A stretch of DNA of 62,704 bases from Chiloscyllium plagiosum (lineage: Eukaryota), in NCBI RefSeq assembly GCF_004010195.1, contig NC_057720.1:4504524-4567227 (forward strand). The letters are read 5' to 3'. Each line of letters opens with the position of its first letter. Position 1 is the stretch's first letter. The notes beneath the pieces were generated by a model. The model was not told the origin of the DNA and searched no databases. It saw nothing but the letters and a program-made list of their open reading frames with translations. Position numbers and translations under genes: made by a program. This document shows positions 36,951-50,169 of this stretch, piece after piece.

Positions 36951-38324
36951 GCTTTAATAAAATCTGACCCTCCCAATTCAACTCTCAAGCTTATTGGACA
37001 ATTACAGGGCCTGAGGTTCCTTCAGTCCTACCCTCTGGAGTGCCATACCCTTTTGCTTGCTAGAAATGACATATTTATATACAGGGACCTGTCTGGACAA
37101 TGTACCTTTTTTAATTTAATAAAGCATGGATTAATAGATTCTTGTTGCAACAACCAGTCAGTGTCAACTTGCCACCTAATCAACATTATATTCTCAGTCA
37201 ATATAAATTGTTGCTCATTTTGAAATTTGTCATTCTTGTGTGTATCCTGGTGAAAACAAGACCAAAGAATTCAACGATGTGTCTCACAGCCTTAGTTTTG
37301 TCAATAAGCACTTGAAAATGTTTGGATTTTATTAAAATGTGATATTGGATACTGAATCAAGTGTTGAAGGAATTTTTTTCGCAACTAGTAAAACAAATGG
37401 CAAGTTTGTGTGAAGCTTAGTGACAGCAGCAGATTAGAGGTGGATTAAATTAGACCTTGAACCACACTAATAAGTTCTCCTCTCTATTGTCTCCTTTACT
37501 TTATGATGTTATGAGCGAAAAAGACCAATAAAGAGCAGAGCTCTACTGGCACCGACAGAACAGAGAAGTAATGAAACGACTAATTGTAATCCAAAAGAGA
37601 ACATCTGGTTTCTGTGGTGAAGGTAACCCCATACAATGCTGCTATGGAGGAGGTTGGAGATTGTGACACAGCGCCATATTATCATGTCAGGATGGAGTGT
37701 GACCGGGGAAGGGGCTAGATGTTGATAACAATCCCATCCTGGAGGTAATGGCTGTTGAAACCAATGGTTCAGGTTAAAGGGAGAAACTAGAAAATTATCC
37801 CAGATCATCGTCAGTGGCTTACGTGATACTTTTTGTACCTGTTTAATCCACAAAGCAAAAATTGGCTTTGTACTAGCTCACGAAAGGAAACTTTAGTAAT
37901 GAATTTGGAATAAAATTTCACTATTTTTAATTTATTGCACTTTTAGTCCACTCTTTGCTGCAAACACTGTTGTTTAAAATTTTCACCAAAATCCACAAAT
38001 TTATGTAGAGTTCACATACATGCGTTGGATCTAAACCAACCCTGAAGGTTAAACAGCCACATGTCCCAATGCACAATCAATCATTGGCAGAATTTATTGA
38101 GCAAGCAATGTCTTAAAACTCCTTATTCAAAATAGGTGCATATTCCCAGCAAAATTTGACAACAGAAAAACACAGGATTAATGGCAGAATTACAATAAAG
38201 TGATCATTTTCCCTTCTGCATCTGAAAAACTTGCTAATTTGCTTCAATACACATCTCAGTCAAACAGAATCAGCTGAGAGGGGAAATAGTTGGTGTGTAA
38301 CTGTGGAGAATGTGAATGTAAAGG

Positions 38325-38710
38325 AAAAAAGGAGATTAAGGAGGGATCTGTTTGAGGTCTACAAAATCATGAAGGGTATAGACAGGGTAGATAGAGATAG
38401 GAATTTCCCCAGGGTGAAGGTTTCAATAACAAGAGCTCACGCTTTCAAGGTGAGAGATGAAAGATTTAAGGGGGATACACACAGCAAGTACTTTACACAG
38501 AGGATGGTAGGTGCCTGGGACATGTTGCCAGCAGACGTAGTAGAGATGGGCACGATAGATTCATTCAAGATGTGTTTGGACAAATACATGAGTAGGTGGG
38601 GAGCAGTGGGATACATATGCTTAGGAATTGGGCGACAGGTTTAGACAGTGGATTTGGATCGGCTCAAACCTGGGCTGTGTTCCTGGGCTGTGAATTTTCT
38701 TTGTTCTTCT
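38325..38710 (+). mobile_element. CR1 LINE 3' fragment
   Basis: RRLRRDLFEVYKIMKGIDRV...YFTQRMVGAWDMLP. Confidence 0.8.
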
Positions 38711-39611
38711 TTCTTTGAAATCCAAACCAGTGTAATCAATCTAGGATTAAGCACACACAACTTAAATGGCAAAACAAATTGTGATGGAGTGTTTCTGACT
38801 ATAAGTGCTAAAGTAATCAAATCCTTTAATAAAATCTGGTGTTGAAAGCTGCTGTCAGTGATAGTGACCGTGGCAACTATCAGCGGAAATCTGCTGTTCT
38901 TATCCAGTCTAGCCTACACATGACTCCAGACCCACAGCAATGTAGTTGATTCTTAACTATCCTTGGAAATGGTGAGGCAAGCCACTCAGTTCAAAGTGGT
39001 TCAATAAGGCAAATCAGCACCACCTTCTCAAGGGCCACCAGAATGGGTAATAAATACTGGCCCAGCCAGAGATGCCCACACCCTCTGAATTAAGTCTTTA
39101 AAATGTTTCATCTGGATTTGACTTTGTTGCAGTTTCCATGCAAGAGTTGTAAGCTTATTGTTGATTGCAATGTAACCAAACATACAAAGTGGCTAAAGCA
39201 CACTGTCACAGAGAAAAAAAACTGTATCAGGGTTAAAAGCAGTTACCATCTTATTGGGTAGAATTACAAAGTCCAAGATGGAGGACAGGAAAAATTTCTG
39301 GCAGTAAGAGCTGCTCCTTTTTTTGAGGTATTTTAGGTGTTGGAGGTGATTTCCTCGAATTCCAGGAGCAGCAATTACTGTTTTATATGCTGTTGCATTG
39401 TTTTGGAACTTTTGGGGAAAAAAGCCAAAACAACAGCAGTTTTAAAAGGGAGAAGAGCAGACAAAGGAAGCACATGGTGAGGACAGTGTGGGAAAGAGAG
39501 GGAGAGAGAGAGAGAGCACGAGAGAACCTGCACAGTTACTGCCTTTGCTGTTTGAATTCATGTATCACTGGACATCGGAGTGCATCTGGGAGAATTAACA
39601 AACAGTAAAAT

Positions 39612-39972
39612 TAAAAATCATGAGGGGCATGGATAGAGTAAATAGACAAAGTCTTTTCCCTGGGGCCGGGGAGTCCAGAACCAGAGGGCATAGGTTTAGG
39701 CTGAGAGGGGAAAGATATAAAAGAGACCTAAGGGGCAACTTTTTCACACAGAGGGTAGTACGTGTATGGAATGAGCTGCCAGAGGAAGTGATGGAGGCTG
39801 GTACAATTGCAACATTTAAGAGGCATTTGGATGGGTATATGAATAGGAAGGGTTTGGAGGGATATGGGCTGGGTGCTGGCAGATGGGACTAGATTGGGTT
39901 GGGATATCTGGTTGGCATGGACAGGTTGGACCGAAGCGTCTATTTCCATGCTGTACATCTCTATGACTCTAT
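39612..39972 (+). mobile_element. CR1 LINE 3' fragment
   Basis: SRTRGHRFRLRG...FFTQRVVRVWNELP; ctctatgactctatga tail. Confidence 0.85.
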
Positions 39973-40669
39973 GACAAACATGGAGAAAATGGGAGACACA
40001 TCTCATCCTGCCTCCAGCCCCTTGGTGAGTTTTGCACATTGGCAATAGGGCGGGAAACTGATTAATAAAGGACCATTCTGTGTGATGAATCGAGCTAAAG
40101 ATTGTTTTCAAACCAGATGCATCAATCATTTTATATTTACACAATTCCCACTTTTCTTAAACAACTGAGCTAAAATACTTACTTTGGAAGCAGCATTTGA
40201 TTTTCTGAAAATGCACATTCATAGAAACAATACATTGCATTTCTAGACAATTGGAAATCTTTCACTATGATTAAAATATCAACTTTTTTCTGAACTGGTC
40301 AAGTAAAGCCCCTCAGTTCAGGGGCAATTAGGGATGGGCAATAAATGCTTGCCTTACCAGTGACACCTTGAATCTGTGAAAACACGAGGAGAATTCAAAC
40401 AATTAATCATCACCAACCACATCTTTTATGAAACCTTGTTTTTATCTTAGTTTGTTTTACTGCTCATAAGTGCAATTACATGACCTCATCTAGATTTATT
40501 TATATATTTTAATCGGTGTGTTTGATGAAATTGTAACTTTTGTTAATTTTATTCAATGACAAATACAATTCTGTGAGATTGCTCTCATTCCCATGTAATT
40601 ATTGTACTGTTTGTTGGTTAAAGTAGACTCTTTACAATTGTGCTTTCTCTCTTTAACACAGCTCAAAAA

Positions 40670-42000
40670 CTACATTAGGACCAAGTGTTTGAATTGGCCA
40701 AGATTTAGACATATACCATTCCACTTGTTCAGTCTGAAAACAATTGGACTGGTAGGATCTGGATAGAATTGTTCTTTTGATTCAAAGTGGAAGAAATTTA
40801 ACAACTGAGTTGATGTCATTAGTCGGCAGTTGCCCGTCAGCTGTTCTGCATTTTTCTCAAATGCTTGTTCAGAAACCTTTGCTGTCTCATGTGAGCATCG
40901 AGCGTATGAGTTAAGTGCAGAATGACCAGATTGATGGAGTGCAGATTTGTGCTGTATATCTGCAGTCACGGAGGATGTTGGACCTGGATCTCTGAGGAAG
41001 CTGCCAGCCTCTCCTGGAGGCAAGCAGACAGATGGCACGCCAGAACCAATGCTGGTGGACTCCTCAAACTTCTGATCCAGTTTCTTGAGTAGCAGTGACA
41101 AGCCTACCTGCCTTTTTTGTGCCTGTTTGTGTATTTGAATGAAGACATTAATAGCTGACACCTTTTCCTGCGCAGGGCAAAGTGGGTGCCTGGTCTCTGA
41201 CAGTCCTCTCCGTGCCAGTGACCTGGGATGCTTCTTCCTCAACCAGCTCCGTAGACGTGACAATGATGTGCTTCTGAATCGAATGTAGTAATTGCTCAAG
41301 GGTGCAGGAGGGCAATTTTTTATGTTGTTTCCTCTGAACTTGTGCTTTTATCAGATGTAGAGGGGAAGATGATGACCTGAGGGGCTAGTGGAGACCATGT
41401 AGATGCTTCTCGTACCTGCAGAAGACCAGAGGTGGAATGAGTTGTGAAATAGGGGTAAACATTTGGCCACGCTGAGTCTATATTCCCAGTGGAAGTTCAG
41501 GGAAAGCAGTGGGCACTTGACAATGACTTGGTTGACAGAGAAGGAGGTGTCACGAGTATTGCCACATGAACAGCCTCTCCCAATAAGGTGAGCATTCTGT
41601 CCTTCTAGGTAATAAGGAGATGAATGTTAGGCACTCTTCCAACCATCTCTGCCCAATTGTGAGTTGTTTTCTCCTGTATTGATGAAGAGTGCGTGGCACA
41701 GCTGTTAGTGGTGAGTGATGCAGGTGGCTGGGTAAGGTGGTGAGATGGCTGGGGTGAGTGAGTAGTCAGCTCAGAGGACATGCAGAGTTAGTGATGAGGG
41801 GCAGGAGTTTAGGTTGGGTTGGGTCAGAGCAGCTGAGGGAGGATGCTGCATGCAGTGGTGAGAAGTGGGAGATGGGAGGTGAGAGCAGTAGCAGAGTTAG
41901 CGTGCATGTGAGGTAACAGAGCAAAGCTGCTGGCATTTACCATTAGCAAGGGCAGAAGCTCATTAACCTCCTTCTTGCATTGCTGGGTGCTCTTGACCAA
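40670..42000 (-). pseudogene. Intron-containing Myb/SANT (NAIF1/MSANTD-like) gene remnant, probably the DNA-binding gene of a Harbinger transposon
   Basis: LVKSTQQCKKEVNELLPLLM|gtaaat (42000-41941) joins in phase to atacag|EKTTHNWAEMVGRVPNIHLLIT*KDRMLTLLGE (from 41673). A further acceptor ctgcag lies at 41415, followed by a coiled-coil-like tail IQIHKQAQKRQVGLSLLLKKLDQKFEES. In-frame stop present. Confidence 0.5.
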
Positions 42001-44034
42001 GGATTATGGAGAGAAGGCAGGTGACTGTGGTTGAGAAACATATTGAACACAATTCAATAGTAGCACAGTCATGATGGGCCACGTGGACTGATTCTGCTCC
42101 TATATCTTACAGTCTACTCGACTATGGTTATGGTACTGACCTGGGTGGTAATTTCAGACCAGGCTAGCAGGGTCTGGTGACCCACAGTCCTCCAGTGGTC
42201 CTGAGGAAAGTCCTCCCTCTCTACAACCATTGGCCAGGTTCCCGTTGAACTGAGGTGGAATTCACCGGTGGCACAAATCCAGAAATATTTCAGCAATAAT
42301 GACGGCTTCCTCAGCTGAACACATGATAGTGTGAAAATAGTGTTATAATAAGGGGAACAATAAGAATTGTCTGAAAAAACTCACTAGAAATCACCAAGAG
42401 GGAAACACTCCATGAAGCTTCCTGAAATTGACACTCAGCTGATTTGAGTAAAAAACCCCTGCCCTGGTGTTAGGCTGGGGCATTGCAATATTGTTCAGCC
42501 CTCTTAAATGACTTTTTGGGGGGATCCAAGATGGCAGTGATCTAGGAGGATCGCTTTGCAGAGCTCAATACTGCCGCACAAGCAGGACGAATTTCTAACC
42601 CACCCAACCCAGACCATTGCAATATCCTGGGACTCTACAAAGGTCGTGGACTCCCAGGAAACTGTGAAAAATTGATTTACCTGCGTTTTCGCCATCCAGA
42701 GATGCCAAAGAAGGGAGGAGGAGAATCCTCAGACTTGATTACCTACCAGGCCCCGATCACGAGGTATTGGGTAAGCAGGTAGAGGAGAAGCTGGCTCCAA
42801 TCTCTATCATGCTGTGGAAGGATGAACAGCAGTTGGGAGACCTGGTAAAAAGGATGGAAGAGGTTGAGAACAGAGTCACAGCGGTGGAAGCTGATGCCAG
42901 TTCCCCCAAGGTTGGATCCAAGCCCTGGAGACACAGGTCCGTAGTTTGCGTGACCAGGCAGATGATCTTGAGAACAGGGGCAGGAGAAAGAATATTCAGA
43001 TCATCGGTCTGCCTGAGGATAAAGAAGATGAGTGGTCTACGGAAGTTGTTGAGGATTGGCTGCCGAAATTCCTTAACTTGGAGGCTGGCATGAGAGGCTT
43101 GAAAATACAGAGGGCTCACCAGTCACGGCGGGAGATCGGGTATGGGTCAATGTCCTCGTCCTGTCCTCGTGCGGTTCCATCATTACTGGGATAAGGAGAG
43201 AATTGTGGAAGCTTCCAGAATCCAGGGGAAGAATCCGAAGGCCCTAATTTATGAGGGCTCTAAGATCATGTTCTTATAGGATGTCATAGTGGCGGTGATC
43301 CAGAAAAGAAAGTCCTACGACGGTGTCAAGAGAAGATTGAGGGAGCTTGGGATTCAGTACTCCCTGCCTCAGAACCTTTGATGGATCTGTACATCCCTTT
43401 GAGAAGGTAGAAACTTTGTGGACAAATTAACCTCATGTGAACAATTTAGTATGTCCAAATAGTAGTGTTGTGTCGTCATGTCTTTGTTTATTTTTTGATA
43501 AAAAGGAGGAAGTCTGGTTGCAGCTTTTTTTACCAATTCTTTTTCTACTGGTAACAATTTGGTTTAAACCAATGTTTGGTGGCAGTTGAGATGTGTACTT
43601 TCAATTTCTAAGTTACGTTATACCAGAGGATGGGTGGGATATTTATATCCCTTTTTTCTTTTAAAAAATGTCTTCATTCATATTGCTCTTCCATGGTGTG
43701 TTTACTTCCTTTGCTGGTTGTGTTTGCAGTGCTGCTCTAGCTGGGAGGAGGGAAATTGGTTGGGATAGCTCGATGCCTACTTACGGGCAGTTTGAGATTG
43801 GTAGTTGCCCCGTTTGGACAGGGGGTGAGTTCCTGTATTCAGCGCCATTCATGCTTTATATATTGGTTTGGTTTTTGGTTTTTGTTGTTTTTAATCTTTG
43901 ATAGTTTTGTACGTTTGTTAAATGTAGTGGCTTTAATTTATGTAGTTTTTATGTTCGATAGGTCATATGAACTAAGGCTCAATGATTTGTGGTTCAAGTT
44001 CCTCCTCTCTGGAATTTAAATGTTACTGCAGAAG

Positions 44035-44357
44035 GTTAGACTAGGTTACTTACAGTGTGGAAACAGGCCCTTCGGCCCAACAAGCCCATACCGAAGCTCC
44101 GAAGAGCAACCCACCCAGACCCATTCCCCTATATTTACCCCTTCACCTAACACTACGGGCAATTTAGCATGGCCAATTCACCTAACCTGCACATTTTTGG
44201 ACTGTGGGAGGAAACCGGAGTACCCGCAAGAAACCCACACAGACACAGGGAGAATGTGCAAACTCCACACAGACAGTTGCCTGAGGCGGGAATTAAACCC
44301 GGGTCTCTGGCGCTGTGAGGCAGCAGTGCTAACCACTGTACCACAGTGCCAGCCAGG
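44035..44357 (-). mobile_element. HE1/V-type SINE inserted at the L1 ORF2 start
   Basis: Near-full reverse-complement SINE with tRNA-like head and V-domain. Confidence 0.88.
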
Positions 44358-45861
44358 CTAATAACTTGATTAAGTGGTGTACCTGGAATATCAAGGGGAG
44401 TCACTCACCAATTAAGAGGAAGAAGGTACTTTTGAATCTTAGAAAGGAGAAGGTGTATATTGTTTTGTTACAGGAGACACACTTGGAATGATAGGGAGCA
44501 TTTGAAACTACAGCAGAATGGCTTTGATCAGGTTTACTTTTCATCATTTAATACCAGAAGTAGGGGAGTGGCTATATTGGTGAGGAGGCACCTACCCATT
44601 TAAGTTACTATAGTGTGTTAAAGACACGGATGGAGGTTTGTAATTTTTGAAGTTCTGATAAATGGGGAAGAATATGGTGTTTTAAATGTTTATTGCCCTC
44701 CGGCCCATCCTCTCAAATATTTGGTATATACATTTTCTAAACTGATCCGTCTCGAGTCCCGGCATATCATTATATGGGGAGATTTTAACTGTCTCATGGA
44801 TCCCACAGTAGACAGGTTGGCTAAAGGCCCCTCAATACCCTCTGTGCATCCTAAGTAATTAATGGATCTGTGTGTGGAGTTAGGGTTGGTGGAGATCTGG
44901 AGGCATCTCTACCCTATAGGCAGGGATTTTACATTTTTTTCCAATCCACACAATGTCACACCAGGATTGACTTTTCTTTCTGAACCCTGTGGCAACCCTG
45001 GACATGATGGCATCTTGTACGATTGGTAATATTACCATCTTCGATCATGCTCCATTGTACCTGTTGTTTAAGATTAAGGATGTTACAGTGGGTTCGAGGC
45101 GCTGGCGAATGGATCCCTTTATCCTCAAGGATAATAAGATTCCCTAGCGTTTCTGTAGGGAATTTTGGGCATTCCTAGACACTAACTCAGGCTCGGTTAG
45201 TAGCCCATCCATTCTCTGGGAGACTGCCAAAGCCTATGCCAGGGGTTAGTTATTAACTACTCTGCCAGTAGGAAGCAATAGAAGGGTGAGCAGCAATGTC
45301 TCCTTGAAGCACGGTTGAAGGAGGCTGAGAAGGCCTACTTTGGCAGGCCCTCGTTGGTCAAACTACAGAGGATCACGGCGCTGCGGTCTGCATTTAATTC
45401 TGTGATCACACAGACGGCAAAGAAGGAGCTTACGTTTGCAAAGCAAAGGTTATATGAGCATGGTGACAGGCCAGGCAAACACTTGGCATATCTCGCCCAG
45501 GAAAAGGAGTGCCCAACAAGCCATTACGATGATTAAGGAAGGCGTCTGGGAATCTAACATGTGACTCCAAAAAGGTCAATGTGGCATTCCAGAGATTTTA
45601 CTCTAAATTATACCAATATGAGGGTTGTGAGGAGTGGCAGGCCAAAATGGATTTTTTTTTAATATCTGGAGCTCCCAGATGTGACTCCTGAACAAGAGTC
45701 CTTTCTCAATGCCCCCTTCTCACAGTAAGAAGTGCAGGAAGCTGTGAGGCAGCTTCAGAGTGGAAAGGCGCCCGGTTCTGATGGACTTCCCAGTGAATTC
45801 TATAAGGAATTTATAAACATATTGTCAGGCCCAATGCTTAGTATGTTTAATGATTCATACA

Positions 45862-45896
45862 GGTAAAAACAATGACTGCAGATGCTGGAAACCAGA
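45862..45896 (-). mobile_element. 35-bp Penelope terminal fragment with 14-bp TSD
   Basis: ggtaaaaacaatgactgcagatgctggaaaccaga (compare 8733 and 62498) flanked by taatgattcataca at 45848-45861 and 45897-45910. Confidence 0.8.
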
Positions 45897-46825
45897 TAAT
45901 GATTCATACAACCATGATTGTCTCCTGCCATCTCTGAGAGAGGCCTATATTTCGCTTAATCTTAAATGGAAGGTCCTGGAGGACTGTGCTTCGTACAGGC
46001 CCATTTCACGTTTAAATGTGGACTTTAAAATCCTCTCTAAGACTCCCGCGTTAAGGTTGGAGACTGTGTTACCTTCTATTATTAGAGGATCAGACGGGCT
46101 TCATAAAGGGCTGCAGATCCTCCAATAATGTTAGGAGGCTGCTTAATGTAATTCAAGCATGCCAACAGCAGTCAATACAGGGATTGATGATTTCTCTTGA
46201 TGCAGAGAAGGCATTTGACTAAGTTGAATGACTGTACCTTTTCTATAATCTGGAGCGGTTTGGTTTGGACAAAGTCTTTATAAGATGGGTAAAGGTTCTC
46301 TACGGTGGCTCTCTCGCAGAGGTCATCACCAATGGGGTATGATCAAGCAATTTTAATATTTTTAGGGGCAGCCAGCCGGGCTGTCCCCTTTCACCACTGC
46401 CTTTTACGTTGGTGATTGAACCATTGGCGGAGACCATTCGTCGGAATCTTAATATATCAGCTCCAGAATATATCAGGGGTCAAAATTACATAAGATTTCA
46501 TTGCATGCAGATGATGACCTAAGTTTTATTGTCAAATCCAGCAGTCTCAGTGCCTTGCCCGATACAATGCATTTGCACGTTTTGTGCCTTTTCGGGGTAC
46601 AAGATTAATCTTGCAAAACCAGAGGCTATGCCTGTGGGTGGTCTTACGAAGGAGCTGAGTCTTGAGGGCGACTATAGATTCCCATTTAGGTGGTCACAAG
46701 GGAGTGGGCCATGTCTTTTTGTGGCTAGTTGATGATGTTCATGTATCCTGGTGGCTAGTTTTCTGTCTGTTTATCCAATGTACATTATTTGAGTACTTAG
46801 AACTGGGTACTTAGAACTTAGACTC

Positions 46826-46982
46826 CCTATAGTGTGGAAATAGGCTCTTCAACCCAACAAGTCCACACCGACCCTCTGAAGAGTAATACACCCAGAACCA
46901 TTCCCCTACCCTATTAGCCTATGTTTACCCCTGACTAATGCACCTAACCTACATATCCCTGAAGACGATGGGCAATTTAGCT
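46826..46982 (-). mobile_element. SINE 3' fragment
   Basis: Matches the 3' half of the HE1-type SINE. Confidence 0.7.
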
Positions 46983-46994
46983 AGTTTTTTGCCT

Positions 46995-47425
46995 GTTTGT
47001 CCAATTGTCCAACTAGCCACAAAAAGACATGACCCTCTCTCACTAGTATCCTTACATACAGATGAGGAAGGACACCACTTCATCTAGGACAACATATCCA
47101 TCCTAGGAAAAGCCAAACAGAGACACGCACGAGAATTCCTAGAAGCATGGCATTCCAAACGGAACTCTATCAACAACCACATTAACCACCCCCACTTAGA
47201 AAATAAACATGAAATGATGTCACCACAGGAAATGACATCACCAACCCAAGGAAACCTAAACACATTAATAGAAAGTGGGCCATACCACCAGTGCTTCATC
47301 CGGAGGCTCACTGATGATGTTACCTAATTGAGTGACGAAATGTCTGAAAACGAATCTTCAAGCTCAGTGAGCAAACCTACATCCAGAACCTCAACCTGAG
47401 CTACAAATCTTCTCAAAACTTGCTA
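46995..47425 (+). mobile_element. Penelope-like element (Poseidon-type) 3' end
   Basis: GIY-YIG C-terminus LATKRHDPLSLVSLHTDEEGHHF.*DNISILGKAKQRHAREFLEAWHS.RNSIN, followed by a hammerhead-bearing terminus. Confidence 0.85.
47308..47347 (+). ncRNA. Minimal type-I hammerhead ribozyme-like motif
   Basis: TCA-CTGATGA-T-GTTAC-ctaattga-GTGAC-GAAA-TG-TC-TGA: stem I TCA/TGA, 5-bp stem II with one G:U, full core. Stem III shows a probable CG>TG decay. Confidence 0.7.
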
Positions 47426-49024
47426 ACAACTACAATTTCCCACATAGTGCAGCATGCGTAAACCATCGTCCTGAACTCCCAAACACAGTCCAACTTAACA
47501 GACTATAGACCCTTGCTTTTCTCTTGGCCTTTCTCCAACATTATTCTTGTTTCTGTCTGAAGGACCCCTCAGGCCTGCCACAGAAGACACTGCGATCAGC
47601 CAGCTTGGTACTAAGTGACTTTCCTTTTTATTCATTTGTGGGATGTGGGTGTCACTGGCTGGGCCCACATTTATTGTCCATCCCTACTTGCCCTTGAGAA
47701 GGTGGTGTGAGGCTGCCTGCTTCAACTGCTGCATTCCCTTGCTGTAGGTCGATCCACAGTGCCCTTAGGAAGAGAATTCCAGGATTTGATCCAGTGAAGG
47801 AACTGCGATATATTTCCAAGTCAGGATAGTTCTGGACTCCCCAGTCATCGGGAACACTCTTCCTGATTTCACTCTGTCTAACTCTGTCAGAACCTTATAG
47901 GCTTTTAATGACAGCAAAGGTAAAGCTGCTAAGTTCCTACTCGGCATAGGGTTCCTCTCTCATGACAGAGAGAGGTGACTGGTAGTGGTTTAAACTGGGG
48001 GTCACCTTGGACAAAGAGAAAATTTGAGAAGGCAGTCCTTCAGCTGCTATGGCGATTGAACCCATACTGTTAGCATCGGTCTACATTACAAACCATCCAT
48101 CTGGCCAACTGAGCTAACTAGCCCCCAGTGCTCCCGTTGGGTACATCCTCAATCTGCTAAATGCCAGTGAGTTTAGCTCTACTCTATCCAGTCTCTTTTT
48201 ACACATCTGTTCTGCCATCCCAGGAATCAGTCCAATAAACTGAGGAGATGGTTGCTGAGTGACATTATCACTAGACTATTTACCAGGAGACCTGGGTAAT
48301 GCTGTCGGGACCTGGGTTCCAATCTTGCCACAGTAGGTAGTGGAATTTGAATCAATAAATACCTGGAGTGATGACTAAAACACCCATCTGGGTCACGAAT
48401 GTGATGGCAAGGCAGAAGATCTGGTCTAGCCTCTGTGTGATTCCATACCCGCAGCAATGTGGCTGACTCTTAACTACCCTCTGGGCAATTAGGGATGGGC
48501 AATCAATGCTGATAAAGTCAGCAACACCTTAGTCCAATGATTAAAAGAAAGTTGGAATGGTGTGAGGAGTTTTGGGTCCCTTAGCTAAGGAAAGATTGAC
48601 TGTCATTGAAGGCAATCCAGAGAAGGTTGACTTGGTTAAAAGGAGGTATGCAGGGATCATGTAACGCAAGGCTCACCACCAGCTTCTCAAGAGCAATTAA
48701 GGATGGATAGTAAATACTGGCCTAACCAGAACTGCCCACAGTGCCATGAGTTAAACTTTGTTGCACACATTGCAAACTTTTGATCTCAGCAAGAATCGAG
48801 TTTCAGTGCCTGGAACTGTGTTGGGAAATGTGACTTCTTGTTCCTGATGTTGACAAAAGCCTTGCTGAATCTCTCAGCTGATTCTCCCAGATTTCTCACC
48901 CATTTAGCTGTAACACTACATTCTGCATTCTGTTCTATTACCCTGAAGCACGTACGTAAGGTATGATTTGTCTAGTTAGCATTCAAAACAATACTTTTCA
49001 CTATCTCTCATTACATGTGACAAG

Positions 49025-49335
49025 CATGGCAGCACGGTGGCTCAGTGGTTAGCACTGCTGCCTCACAGTACCAGGGACCCAGCTTTGATTCCCGCCTCAG
49101 GTGACTGTCTGTGTGGAGTTTGCACATTCTCCCTGTGTCTGCGTGAGTTTATTCCCACAATCCAAAGATGTGCAGCTTAGGTGGATTGGCCAAGCTAAAT
49201 TGCCATAGTGTTAAGTGTATTAGTCAGGGGTAAATATAGAGTAGGTGAATGGGTCTCATTGGGTTACTCTTCGGAGGGTTTGTGTGGACTTGTTGGGCCC
49301 AAGGGCCTGTTTTCATACTGGAGGGAGTCTAATCA
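49025..49335 (+). mobile_element. tRNA-derived V-type SINE
   Basis: A-box tggctcagtgg and V-domain ggagtttgcacattctcc. Confidence 0.85.
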
Positions 49336-49779
49336 AATAATTAAGTCATCAAAATCAAACTATTTCCTTCAGAGCAGTAGAAGAGTCCATTCATAATGTG
49401 GGACTGAAAGGAATCTGTGACATTCACTCTATAGAGTGTTGAACCAGATATAAATGCAGATAGTCCAATGCATTGGATGTTGACAAATGTAAGCCCATTG
49501 TTGAGGAAATTTGTCAAAACACTCATGATCCTGACTTGGAAATTTATTGCCATTCCTTCGGTGACACTAAATTCATGGATGTCCAGGAAATCCTGGAATT
49601 CCCTTATTAATGACGTTGTGGGCATATGTACAGGACTGCAGTTGTTCAAGACACCAACTCCCACCACTTTCTCCAGCAGAGTTAGAGATGGGTAAGAAAT
49701 ACTGTCTTTGGAAATAACATCTACATCCCTTGACGATTTCCAAGGTTTCAACACTCTTCAAACAATTCATTTTAATCAT

Positions 49780-50097
49780 GGGCGGCACGGTGGCACAGTG
49801 GTTAGCACTGCTGCCTCACAGCGCCTGAGACCCAGGTTCAATTCCCGCCTCAGGCGACTGACTGTGTGGAGTTTGCACGTTCTCCCCGTGTCTGCGTGGG
49901 TTTCCTCCGGGTGCTCCGGTTTCCTCCCACAGTCCAAAGATGTGCAGGTCAGGTAAATTGGCCATGCTAAATTGCCCGTAGTGTTAGGTAAAAGGTAAAT
50001 GCAGGGGTATGGGTGGGTTGCGCTTCGGCGGGGCGGTGTGGACTTGTGGGGCCGAAGGGCCTGTTTCCACACTGTAAGTAATCTAATCTAATCTAAT
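49780..50097 (+). mobile_element. Full-length HE1/V-type SINE
   Basis: A-box tggcacagtgg, B-box ggttcaattcc, V-domain and (CTAAT)n tail. Confidence 0.92.
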
Positions 50098-50169
50098 TTT
50101 GAAAGCAATAAGTTATTGTTTTTAATACACATTTTATTATTCGTAAATAGTTGTTTACCTTCATCGAAG

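Larger units (their letters stand above)
42518..46710 (+). mobile_element. L1-clade LINE with 5' end, ORF1 and most of ORF2; degenerate, 3'-truncated
   Basis: 5' ggggatccaagatggc; ORF1 DDLENRGRRKNIQIIGLPE; APE motifs WNIKG, LQETH, GDFN; RT YRPISRLNVDFKILSK, DAEKAFD, GCPLSP, HADD. Confidence 0.88.

Noticed and set aside
49780..49860. tRNA-like sequence with A and B boxes
   Set aside because: It is the head of a SINE and continues into the V-domain and tail; not a tRNA gene.
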